In this document: positions 28,998 to 38,258 of the stretch, one piece after another
Position numbering within the stretch: the stretch's first letter is position 1
How the letters are laid out: each line of letters starts with the position of its first letter
IMG/VR virus record: IMGVR_UViG_3300036802_000112
Coordinates: 96,001-160,000 of that record
Source: a virus
Lineage: Duplodnaviria; Caudoviricetes
DNA: 64,000 nucleotides
Reading direction: 5' to 3' (one strand)
Notes under the pieces: model-generated
The model's input: the letters and a program-made list of their open reading frames with translations, nothing else
Database searches by the model: none
Told to the model about the DNA's origin: nothing
Translations under genes and position numbers: made by a program

Positions 28998-29876
28998 TTA
29001 TTCTTTTGCACTTTGTAAGCCGCCATCTTTATTGATAGTCAACTTGAAGGTAGAACCATCAGAAGCTTGCATCCGAATATAGTCCACGCCCACTTCTGTT
29101 GTTTTCGATGTTGCGATTGAACCTTTATCATCTATCCCAATTAAATAGTTACCATTAGGAGAATTTAGAATTTTAGGTTTCATATCAATACCAGTTACAT
29201 CTTTCGCAAGAGAAGTTACAATTTCACCCTTATTGTTAATTTCGACAAGGTATGCTTGTTTACCAGGAGAAGTAACACCCCAGTTCGTTTTATTAACAAG
29301 AGTTGACCAAAGGGCACCATCATCATCTACAGTGATTTCGAATGACGGACCATCTTCAGTAGTAGGTAAAACCCAAGGGCCTGTTTCTGTTTGGTATGTC
29401 GAATCCGTCCAAATACGTCCATCATCATCTACAGATAAACCAAAGCGTTTCAACTGCGGACTCTTCAATATTACAGTAAATGTAGAAGGCGCAAAGCTTG
29501 TTACTGAAGTGCTTAAAATGCCATCTTGGTCTATAAAAATTTCATAATTAATACCGCTTGGAGAGCGTAAAATAAGTTTATCTTTGTAACTTTGTACGAC
29601 TCCAATATCCTCACTAACCACTTGTCCTCTATCTGTAATCGTTAATTCGAAGATGGTTCCGTTAGGAGAAATTAAAACAGGTTTACCATTTTGTAATCCA
29701 CTTGCATCTCGGAATTGACCATCAACGTAAAATCTTGTTTGTCGTGTTGCAGGAGAATACCACATGACACCTTCACGAACACCCGTTACTGGTTCGGTAT
29801 TACTTTTTAAAATTCGAAGATGGCTGCCTGATGACAAACCATGACTACGTAAAATATCTTCCACACTAAAAGACAT
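28998..29876 (-). CDS. Tail fibre/baseplate protein with 7 internal repeats
   Basis: Repeats of approximately L-x-S-P-x-G-x-x-[FY]-x-[LI]-x-[IV]-D-D-x-G-x-[LI]. Confidence 0.65.
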   Translation of the reverse strand: MSFSVEDILRSHGLSSGSHLRILKSNTEPVTGVREGVMWYSPATRQTRFYVDGQFRDASGLQNGKPVLISPNGTIFELTITDRGQVVSEDIGVVQSYKDKLILRSPSGINYEIFIDQDGILSTSVTSFAPSTFTVILKSPQLKRFGLSVDDDGRIWTDSTYQTETGPWVLPTTEDGPSFEITVDDDGALWSTLVNKTNWGVTSPGKQAYLVEINNKGEIVTSLAKDVTGIDMKPKILNSPNGNYLIGIDDKGSIATSKTTEVGVDYIRMQASDGSTFKLTINKDGGLQSAKE

Positions 29877-29894
29877 AAAATTTCAACTCCTTTC

Positions 29895-30587
29895 CTATTT
29901 CGTCGGTCCTTCTGGAACTGTACTAGCTTGTATTAATTGGTCCACTTTATCACTTAGTGTTTTAAGTAATGTTTTATCTGTTGCAGTCATAAATCCTGCT
30001 TTATTAACAGTGGCATAAGAAGAACGGTGAACCGAACCTGATAACTTTACTTCACCTGCTATGTCAACAATACCCCCAACATACACATCACCATGTATCG
30101 TAGCATTACCTTCAACCTTCAATTCTTTCAAACCGTTATTCAAAGGTTTTAAGTGTTCTTCTAGTAACATACGATTAGTAGAAGGAGCGAAAACATAACC
30201 TAATAATGTGTGTGTTTCTTCCGGTTTTACAGGAGCAGCTTCTCCTGTTTCCGCATTACCCGAAACTACAATGTAACTCACAACGTCATTACCGTGTATA
30301 TGAACAGCATATATTGAATCGATACGGTCATTTGTCGCATGATCATTAGGATGAATGTAAATTTCATTCATTTTATCCTCATCTTCAATCATAATACCAC
30401 CATGAGTAACAAGTAGATTCTTCTCATCTGTACCCTTAATCAAACTCACATAACCACTTTTATCACTGACGCCAAATCGGAAGCCCTTCATAATAGAACC
30501 TCCGAAAAAATCAGCGAAGCGATGGTTAAAATCACGAGAAACTAAGTCTGCTTTATATGGGAAACTTATTTTTGCAGTAGACGTCAT
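29895..30587 (-). CDS. Baseplate/tail fibre-associated protein
   Basis: N-terminus paralogous to 30584-31420 (RIDSIY, HTLLGYV); ATVNKAGFMTATDK fibre-type motif. Confidence 0.6.
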   Translation of the reverse strand: MTSTAKISFPYKADLVSRDFNHRFADFFGGSIMKGFRFGVSDKSGYVSLIKGTDEKNLLVTHGGIMIEDEDKMNEIYIHPNDHATNDRIDSIYAVHIHGNDVVSYIVVSGNAETGEAAPVKPEETHTLLGYVFAPSTNRMLLEEHLKPLNNGLKELKVEGNATIHGDVYVGGIVDIAGEVKLSGSVHRSSYATVNKAGFMTATDKTLLKTLSDKVDQLIQASTVPEGPTK

Positions 30588-31420
30588 AGGTCATCACCAC
30601 TGTCTAGGTTAGTGATTTTCTTAGCGAACACCCCGCCATAATCGTCGTATTGAAGTTCCCATTGCATAGTAGATTTAACTCGTTTTCCTGTCGGATCAAA
30701 GTACTTAGCTTCAAGATACTTGTATCGTTTCTCTCCACCTGTTGTATATTCTGGATTTAGTAACCTCGTTTCCATGTGTACAATTTCTTCTGGTGTTGTG
30801 TAGCCTACGTTTGTATAGACACCGATATCTTTATCGTAATCAGAACCAACGATATTTAACTTACCATCTAATGTACCGCCCTGGAATGATACCATTTCGT
30901 TAAATACAACAGGACCATTAAATTCAGCAGTGCCATTAAATTGAGCATGACCAGCTACGTTTAATTTGCTAAATCCGTAAGGTGTAGACTTGATATCTTC
31001 TTCTAAAATATAGTCCGCTCTCTGGCGAATTTTCACATGACCTAATAATAAATGAGTTTTAGGATTAGGGTTAGCAGGTGGAACGTGGGTACCAGTAACA
31101 ATAACGTATCGTGCATTAGATGTTTCACCAAAGATATACTCTAAATAAACTGCATCAATACGTTCTCTCGGGTTATTTTTATTCGATGTAATATTTAGAA
31201 CATCGATTAAATCTTCTGTTTCAGTAACTTTAGCACCAGAAGGAGTTACTGCGGCACTACTCGTAAACTTATCACGAATCAGGTTAAGTGATAGTTTTGT
31301 AGAACCTCTTTTAACACGGAAACCTCTTATGATAGAGGGCCCAGTTATATCTAAATAGCGTTGATTGACAACATCTGACTCAGCTTTTGCTCTATAACGA
31401 ATATCGATATATTGTGTCAT
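30584..31420 (-). CDS. Baseplate/tail fibre-associated protein
   Basis: RIDAVY, HLLLGHV; position in the tail module. Confidence 0.6.
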   Translation of the reverse strand: MTQYIDIRYRAKAESDVVNQRYLDITGPSIIRGFRVKRGSTKLSLNLIRDKFTSSAAVTPSGAKVTETEDLIDVLNITSNKNNPRERIDAVYLEYIFGETSNARYVIVTGTHVPPANPNPKTHLLLGHVKIRQRADYILEEDIKSTPYGFSKLNVAGHAQFNGTAEFNGPVVFNEMVSFQGGTLDGKLNIVGSDYDKDIGVYTNVGYTTPEEIVHMETRLLNPEYTTGGEKRYKYLEAKYFDPTGKRVKSTMQWELQYDDYGGVFAKKITNLDSGDDL

Positions 31421-31433
31421 GTACGACTCCCCC

Positions 31434-32039
31434 TTAGATTACTGTGCCAACAGGGAAAGGTTCCTCTGTCGCTTGATTGAAGTTAAAGCGCCAAATAATT
31501 TCAATTCCAGTTCCTTTATCAACTGTTAAACGAACTGTAGGGAAAGTAATTCGAGCAAACATCATAAGTTTGTTCGTTACATCTTCTTCGAACATCATTG
31601 CAGCTTCGTTTACATCGTCATTGATTTCGTCACAAATTAATGTTTCTCTGTACTCTAATTCAGTACGAGATAACTTTTTAGGCGTTGATAATACTTTGTC
31701 TTTCAAAAAGATACCGATATCGATGTCACTATCTTGCACCGGGATAGCATCTAGTGGATCACCTTTAGGGAATTTTAATGCGCCACCTTGTCCATAGCGG
31801 ATATATTTAAGATGCATCTTTTTAGCACCACTTAAAATATCCAGTAAACCTTCTCGTCCTTGCATAACAATTAAATTGTTTTTCTTAAAATCATCAAAGT
31901 ATTGCTTCTCCCCGTCTACCATCTTAAACTGACGGATACATACCGAACCAACTGCTCGGAAACTTTCTTTTCGAGTTAGAACAGAACCTACTTTTTCTGT
32001 AGCTCCCATACCTACCACTTCATTTTCACTAAATTCCAT
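31434..32039 (-). CDS. Baseplate/tail-fibre collar-type protein
   Basis: NLIVMQGR...VNEAAMM...MFARITFP...IEIIWRF pattern typical of myophage tail collar proteins. Confidence 0.6.
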   Translation of the reverse strand: MEFSENEVVGMGATEKVGSVLTRKESFRAVGSVCIRQFKMVDGEKQYFDDFKKNNLIVMQGREGLLDILSGAKKMHLKYIRYGQGGALKFPKGDPLDAIPVQDSDIDIGIFLKDKVLSTPKKLSRTELEYRETLICDEINDDVNEAAMMFEEDVTNKLMMFARITFPTVRLTVDKGTGIEIIWRFNFNQATEEPFPVGTVI

Positions 32040-32129
32040 TTTGGCACGCCCTTTCAAATGTTTTGTTTATCTATTTCCATGATACACTTTTCTCGATGCC
32101 TTTGCATTACAGACATCGAGAAAAGATTA

Positions 32130-33707
32130 TTAGAATAGCATTTCGAGTGTCTTCATACTATTAGCGATTCCGCCAACAGTTGCTCTCAACCTAACTCCTA
32201 TTATATCACTAGGAACGTCTTTTATAACGCCTTCTGAACGTTCTTTTATTGATACATTAGGTATTTTATCCAACAATACCTCTTCCTTTGTACCAGATTT
32301 AATACCGTACACCTCAACATCAGTCGTACCATCATTACTAGATTCAAACGATACCTTGTAACCAACTTTAGGTACTACCTCTACCTCCGCCTTTCTAGGG
32401 ATGCGCGGAAAGGCGTGTTCAATGATTGTAACTGTCTCCGCAGGCTTATCGATTTCCTGGTCAAACTTTAATCCTGAATCAAACGCAAACCCTCTATCAG
32501 CATGAATGAATCGGTTTTTATCATAGAAAAAGTTCTTTGAATAATGGCCGCTTGTATCATACTTATCTAGTAAGGAACTACCCATCCACAAATGCTCTGC
32601 CATTCCTATAGAAACCTTACTAACTTTAGCTGCATCCAAATGACGAAGTGTTTCTTCCACTGTTTTAATTTGTGTTCGTTGTACACTACTTCCAATTGCA
32701 ATAGGTTCCATTAACGCTTTTACAAACGTAGCTTTTCTTGTATCTTCAAATTTACCTTTCTCTAAAACGGGTAAATGAATAATCTTCCCCGCCTTAAACG
32801 TAACAGGTATTGGATCAGTGCGGACGATATCGAAGAATACTGAGTAATCTGTGCCAGCTTGTTTCGTCTCATCTAATAAGAACAGCAGCATGTTTAGTCG
32901 CATCTTATCTTTGATTAAGACTTCTGGAAGTGTAGCGATAAACTTAGAAGGGGAAATCCATAAGTTATCGTAGTATTTCTTTTTCGCAGGAGATAACGAT
33001 TTAGAATACATATCCTGAATAACGAATGTTTCCCAACCGATAGCTTTACTAATACCTTCAGAGATTTCTTTGATGGTTAAATTACTCATAAGGGCATAAT
33101 CTAATCCTTCTAAGTAGTCTCGGTATTTATACTTCGGAACTAAGCTACCTACTTCTACTTCGTATTCGGTGCCCCAGTTCTTCTCTAGAAGACGTTCATC
33201 TATTTTGATTTGTAGAGCATGTAAATGAGTACGAACACGCTCATGCTGCATAATAAACTCAGGCATTAAATACAATTTATTGTCCCGAACAAAGTAGTGC
33301 TCATATAACTTTAGCGGTTCCTTTGCTATAAACGTAGTTTTCAATACCATCGAAACAACTTTCGCTTTTCTTAGATTTTCATCATGGAATTCGAACGTTG
33401 TGTATTTACCTCTTCGATCTAACGTATTTAACACTTCTTCAAATTCTAACTCACGAAGCAAGAAAGCCTCGTGAGTTGAATAGATGCAGTCAGCGATTTC
33501 GACTTTTGCATAAGGCATTGTGTACAAAGTGTGCGCAGTAGGGACAGAAGTATTAGCCATAACGTAACGATATTCGTATTCCACATATTCTAATATCTTT
33601 TTGTAAATTTCCAACATCCCGCCTAACGACGGATCGTCAGGCATGTACGTTTTATAGAATGAACTCATTTGCCACAATGCATCATCTGTATCGTACGGCT
33701 TTTTCAT
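32130..33707 (-). CDS. Baseplate wedge protein (putative)
   Basis: Directly downstream of the baseplate J-like gene. Confidence 0.5.
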   Translation of the reverse strand: MKKPYDTDDALWQMSSFYKTYMPDDPSLGGMLEIYKKILEYVEYEYRYVMANTSVPTAHTLYTMPYAKVEIADCIYSTHEAFLLRELEFEEVLNTLDRRGKYTTFEFHDENLRKAKVVSMVLKTTFIAKEPLKLYEHYFVRDNKLYLMPEFIMQHERVRTHLHALQIKIDERLLEKNWGTEYEVEVGSLVPKYKYRDYLEGLDYALMSNLTIKEISEGISKAIGWETFVIQDMYSKSLSPAKKKYYDNLWISPSKFIATLPEVLIKDKMRLNMLLFLLDETKQAGTDYSVFFDIVRTDPIPVTFKAGKIIHLPVLEKGKFEDTRKATFVKALMEPIAIGSSVQRTQIKTVEETLRHLDAAKVSKVSIGMAEHLWMGSSLLDKYDTSGHYSKNFFYDKNRFIHADRGFAFDSGLKFDQEIDKPAETVTIIEHAFPRIPRKAEVEVVPKVGYKVSFESSNDGTTDVEVYGIKSGTKEEVLLDKIPNVSIKERSEGVIKDVPSDIIGVRLRATVGGIANSMKTLEMLF

Positions 33708-33723
33708 ACTACTTCACCCCATT

Positions 33724-35802
33724 CTATAATTTTAAATCTATCTCTTTGTTATTGTCGGTAAATTTTCGTAAGAATTCAATTAAGAATCCTATTAAAACAT
33801 CTTCCGTTTTTAAAGTTGCAACGTATGTGATAGCAGCAACGAAGATAGTATAATCTAACCATCGACCACCTTTGAAATCCAAGTCAATATTTGTGATTAC
33901 ATTCCCTTCTTCGTCACGTTCACGAGGTCCATTCACAATATTTTGTGCCGTCCAAAACATTTCCTTCATTTCGTCCATGCTGTATTGTTTGTACTCGTAA
34001 ACATTCATGTTAGCAAGTTCGAAATACTCGTTCTCTTGTATATAAGTGATAGCAGGAGAAAGCATTTCTGGAATTAAACCGTTATTAATTAATCTTCTTG
34101 CCTTTCGTACATAGTCTACCGGAACACTCTCATCTGTAATATCCTCTGCGTCTTTCTTTAATAGAGTTAAGATATCTTCGATGTTATGACCGTAAGTAAA
34201 GGTATGCATAATATCGAAGTAATCATTAACCGTTACTTTATCTTTGTATCTGTCAACAATTTCTCGAAGTGGTTGACTTAATGAACATACAAATTGAATA
34301 ACAGATCTTCGTTTTTCATCTAAAGAATGGTAAAGGAAACGATTGTCGTTCTCCAGTAATAGAAATTGCGGCGGAAGGTGAATGTAATCTATGATTTGTT
34401 CAGTATCATCTACACCGATATTAAATGTATCAACGAATGGACTTAGTACATCACTGTACTGCATTTCTTCACCCATACGTAACTGTTTAACTGCATCGTA
34501 TCCTTGTCTGAACATCAAGTTTTTATCTTTATCTCGAACGCCTGCTCCTGTTTTTAACTTAACAACCATACCGAAATGTAAAAACTTTTTATTCGCTTCT
34601 TTTATTTTAACATCAGTCGCAGGTGGTCTTTCTTCGTATTGATTCATGTGCGAATCAATTCTTTCGATGAGAGAGTTCTTTCTATAACGAACTGTAACTA
34701 ATGAACCATTTTGTAAATCCTCATGTTCCATAACAACATAAGCTTTTTCCTTTAAAGTTCCCATCGTTTCGAAATTCTCATCCTTCTCTAAGTGGAACTC
34801 TTGAATAAATAATTTACTTTGGTTTACATCAGGGTCATCATTAGAACCAAACGGATCATACAACTTTACGCTGATAATATCTGACACTGGTTTTTCTGTT
34901 AACACAGCTTCAAAGTGATTACGTTTCGCATTAAATTTAACCTCTAAATTCTCTTCGAATTCCTCAAGGTCTTTACCGCGAACATAAAGGTCAACCTTTT
35001 GCCCCCAATGTACATCTCGCACCGTTTGGATAAACGGGCCATCAGGTTTATATTGACCGATAATATCTCGTTTCATAAGCGGGTGACCGTACCCAACAAC
35101 TCGAACATCTTCTACATTATCGAAGCTTCTAATGTATTTTTCGTAACCTCTCGTATTACCTAAGTTCGGTGCAGCTATACTTTCTTTTACACGTTGCGCT
35201 AACTCAGCATTCGTCTCTTTGTTTTTACCACCTAAGAACCTAGTTTCGTTTCTCACTTCATCTAAGAACGGCAAATCAGTTCCGCTCGATGTAATGTCCC
35301 CTTCTTCTACATTATAATCTGTACCTGTAGCTTCCGCTTCTGCCTCTACAACGATTTTATATCTAAAGGTTTCACTATCATACATATCGACCAATTGGTC
35401 TTCTGTAAACACTCTCGTCACTGTCGTAACGTATGTTAACCCTTGCTTAGAACGTATTTCTGTTCTTTCAGGTATCGTTACAACACCGCTTTTAGGGATA
35501 TCATTGAAGTAGAAGGCAATATAACCTTTCGCCTTCTCGCCGAGGTTACGGTATACATTCTTTCTAGCAGAAACCTCATCCATTTCTTCTTCAGACATTA
35601 ATTCTGCATTGTCGATACTTTGCATCAATTTAATTCTGTCCGCATAATCAATGAGGGGTAACATCATTTTAATGTGCGGCATACCGAACATTTCCATAAA
35701 AGCTCCATTATCCCGAACATCAACGTTCGGGTAGGAAGCCTTCACTAATTCTTTAATGTAATCTTGCATCATCTTTTCTTTGTTAGATAAATGATTAACC
35801 AT
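33724..35802 (-). CDS. Baseplate J-like wedge protein
   Basis: AEAEATGTDYNV...FLGGKNKETNAELAQR motif. Confidence 0.85.
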   Translation of the reverse strand: MVNHLSNKEKMMQDYIKELVKASYPNVDVRDNGAFMEMFGMPHIKMMLPLIDYADRIKLMQSIDNAELMSEEEMDEVSARKNVYRNLGEKAKGYIAFYFNDIPKSGVVTIPERTEIRSKQGLTYVTTVTRVFTEDQLVDMYDSETFRYKIVVEAEAEATGTDYNVEEGDITSSGTDLPFLDEVRNETRFLGGKNKETNAELAQRVKESIAAPNLGNTRGYEKYIRSFDNVEDVRVVGYGHPLMKRDIIGQYKPDGPFIQTVRDVHWGQKVDLYVRGKDLEEFEENLEVKFNAKRNHFEAVLTEKPVSDIISVKLYDPFGSNDDPDVNQSKLFIQEFHLEKDENFETMGTLKEKAYVVMEHEDLQNGSLVTVRYRKNSLIERIDSHMNQYEERPPATDVKIKEANKKFLHFGMVVKLKTGAGVRDKDKNLMFRQGYDAVKQLRMGEEMQYSDVLSPFVDTFNIGVDDTEQIIDYIHLPPQFLLLENDNRFLYHSLDEKRRSVIQFVCSLSQPLREIVDRYKDKVTVNDYFDIMHTFTYGHNIEDILTLLKKDAEDITDESVPVDYVRKARRLINNGLIPEMLSPAITYIQENEYFELANMNVYEYKQYSMDEMKEMFWTAQNIVNGPRERDEEGNVITNIDLDFKGGRWLDYTIFVAAITYVATLKTEDVLIGFLIEFLRKFTDNNKEIDLKL

Positions 35803-35816
35803 CTTATTCCCTCCTT

Positions 35817-36686
35817 TTAAAATCCTAATCTAAAGTTCCCACTCGTAGCCATAGTGGTAATCAACAACTCAATTACAACGATACGAGGGTTAGTTGGCGG
35901 TTTGTACACTTTCTTCACCCGAAGAGATACAAATGTTTCTTCGTCAGATAATCCATCTCGATAATCTACTTGTTCTTCAAGGTATTTATCTTCTACCTCT
36001 GAAACAATTAGTCTTATATTATCGAATAGATCATCGTCATGTTTCGAGTTATGCATGATTGTAGCATGGAGTGTCGTACCATATTCTTCTTCCAACTGAC
36101 TAGAACCTAACTTAGTTAACAGGTCTTTTACAACCTTCTGTAATACTAAGTGTACACCTTCTGCGTTCGCATATCTTCCTTCTTCGTCGAATAAATCTAT
36201 AAACCATCCTCTTCCTAAACATCTCCGGCATTCGTCTGGTTTATCAAATTCTTGATTACCCGTTGGATAGAATACACGAATCTTTGCATAATACTTCGTA
36301 GGAGGCTTTACATTCCATTTGATTCTGTTGTGTAAGAATCGTTCGTAAAATTTTTTCGGTAAAGGATTAGACATCGCCGCCCCTTCTTGAAAATACTTAC
36401 GATAGTCAACTAAGAACTCATCGTCACCGTCATAAAAACCATCTGTTGGATCAGGGTCATCGTACGTTTGTCTTTCAGAAGTCATATCATATTCGAACTC
36501 TTCGTAGTCGTCGATTCTTTCAAATTCGATAGCTCTGACTTCTAAAATTTCCAGCACTTTCGCCTTATCGATAAGGATATCTCTTTGCGTACCGTTGTTT
36601 ATAATGGTAACCTCTTTCACCATACCGTCCCTATCATCCTGCTTCTTTACATGCGTACAAAAGTGCATGTGTTTTGGTACGTTCAT
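35817..36686 (-). CDS. Baseplate gp25-like/sheath initiator protein
   Basis: LQKVVKDLLTKLGS...YGTTL gp25-like pattern; CRRC; upstream of baseplate J. Confidence 0.6.
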   Translation of the reverse strand: MNVPKHMHFCTHVKKQDDRDGMVKEVTIINNGTQRDILIDKAKVLEILEVRAIEFERIDDYEEFEYDMTSERQTYDDPDPTDGFYDGDDEFLVDYRKYFQEGAAMSNPLPKKFYERFLHNRIKWNVKPPTKYYAKIRVFYPTGNQEFDKPDECRRCLGRGWFIDLFDEEGRYANAEGVHLVLQKVVKDLLTKLGSSQLEEEYGTTLHATIMHNSKHDDDLFDNIRLIVSEVEDKYLEEQVDYRDGLSDEETFVSLRVKKVYKPPTNPRIVVIELLITTMATSGNFRLGF

Positions 36687-37238
36687 TTACTTCACCGCCT
36701 GTCTTGTGTATTGTCCGTAAATCTTTTCCATTTGCTCTTGCGTCAATGTTTCTAGATTTATTCTGTTCTCGGCAATGAAGTTGTATATCTTTTCGCATTC
36801 ATCAAGGCCAAGTATCTCATTGTCTATTTTATCAATTTCTCTAATGACAGACATTAAATTCTTAGCAGAACGAGTCAATTTTAATTTATTTTCTTGTATA
36901 GACTTCTCAAGCATACTGATTTTTTGATTACATTCTGTGATCCTAGCTATTGTAATCTTCTTAGATTGCGTATAAATACTACTACGTTGCTGTTCCATAA
37001 TTACCTTTTGTAACTTAGGAATATCAACCGACATAATAGTTTGTATCTTCTCTTCGTATTTATCGTTCGCTAGATGTACATTTGTATATACACTGTCTAA
37101 TTCAGTACGATAACGTTGTTGTTCTGTTTTTAATTCCTTACGCTGCTCTTTCAATGTATCTCTACTCGTTAATAAATCAGAAAATGTATACCTTTGAAGA
37201 ATGGTGATAGCATCGTAAAACAAAGGTTTAGAAATCAT
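36687..37238 (-). CDS. Coiled-coil hypothetical protein
   Basis: 183 aa heptad-rich ORF in the tail module. Confidence 0.6.
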   Translation of the reverse strand: MISKPLFYDAITILQRYTFSDLLTSRDTLKEQRKELKTEQQRYRTELDSVYTNVHLANDKYEEKIQTIMSVDIPKLQKVIMEQQRSSIYTQSKKITIARITECNQKISMLEKSIQENKLKLTRSAKNLMSVIREIDKIDNEILGLDECEKIYNFIAENRINLETLTQEQMEKIYGQYTRQAVK

Positions 37239-38242
37239 TTCGCATCACCTTTCTTCAATCGATTCACTTGCTCTGTTAATTCATTTACGCTTTCTATTAA
37301 ATTACTAAAAGAAAGGTTCTTTCCATCAATCTTAACTACTACATCATCTTCACCTATCATAAACGATACCTTTTCCCCGATTTCATACTTTAGCGTACCG
37401 TTTTTTGATACCGTTAATTTCGTCGTTTTATCAGCGTGATTAAACGTTGTTTTTAACAACAACTCACTACCGTCATCATCAGACTTTTCTTTGTTATCCT
37501 CATCATCAAATACATTTAGTGCTTGAATCTTTAACTCATCTGTACCTTCCTCTATATTTATCCCTGTTGAGTTATTGGATAATACAGCTTGAGCAAACTC
37601 TTTGTCAGTAAGTTCCGTAACAATTTGAGGAACTTTTGTTTTCGCTTCTAATACGTATGCTTGATCATTTGTTTTTGTTCCATCTTTTTTTACATATTCC
37701 CCTAGTGCGCTTTTCAAACCACCGACTTGCAAGGTAGTTTTATCCACATGCACATTAAAAGAACCATCAGATTCAGAAAGGGTTAGTCGATGTAACTTTT
37801 GTGTTCCTATCTCAATTTCTCCCATGTTCTTAACGAATACATACGAACCACCTAAAGAGCGCAACATGATTTCTCCTAGTTGTATGTTCGATAAATCTAA
37901 CGTGCTATCAAACTTAGATGGCGAAGCATTCTGTTTCATCGAACCATTTTCGACTGTTACATCTGGAAGAATATATTGAGCAGGTAAAACGTAAGGCACT
38001 CTATCCGCCCCCCAAAACGCTAATGCTGTAACATTTCGTGGTGGTGGTGCGATAATACCTGAGTTTAAAAACAAAGCAGGGAAGAGTATAATAACATCTT
38101 CCCTCTTCTGCTTAGAATTAATGAATTGGACAGTTCCGACCATTCTTTGCATATCAAAATCCAAAATTTTACAAGGTTCGAAAATAGAATCTTTATTTGC
38201 GTTGATGATACCATTTAATCTACTGTAGTACTCGTTCTCCAC
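37235..38242 (-). CDS. Baseplate central spike (gpV-like), putative
   Basis: N-terminal OB-like region, LGEIMLRSLGGSYVF beta-rich region; follows the hub genes. Confidence 0.55.
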   Translation of the reverse strand: MENEYYSRLNGIINANKDSIFEPCKILDFDMQRMVGTVQFINSKQKREDVIILFPALFLNSGIIAPPPRNVTALAFWGADRVPYVLPAQYILPDVTVENGSMKQNASPSKFDSTLDLSNIQLGEIMLRSLGGSYVFVKNMGEIEIGTQKLHRLTLSESDGSFNVHVDKTTLQVGGLKSALGEYVKKDGTKTNDQAYVLEAKTKVPQIVTELTDKEFAQAVLSNNSTGINIEEGTDELKIQALNVFDDEDNKEKSDDDGSELLLKTTFNHADKTTKLTVSKNGTLKYEIGEKVSFMIGEDDVVVKIDGKNLSFSNLIESVNELTEQVNRLKKGDAK

Positions 38243-38258
38243 GATTCCATCTCCTTTC

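Noticed and set aside
28668-28998. Endolysin adjacent to the holin
   Set aside because: No stand-alone lysin is present; the hydrolase domains seen are inside the baseplate hubs
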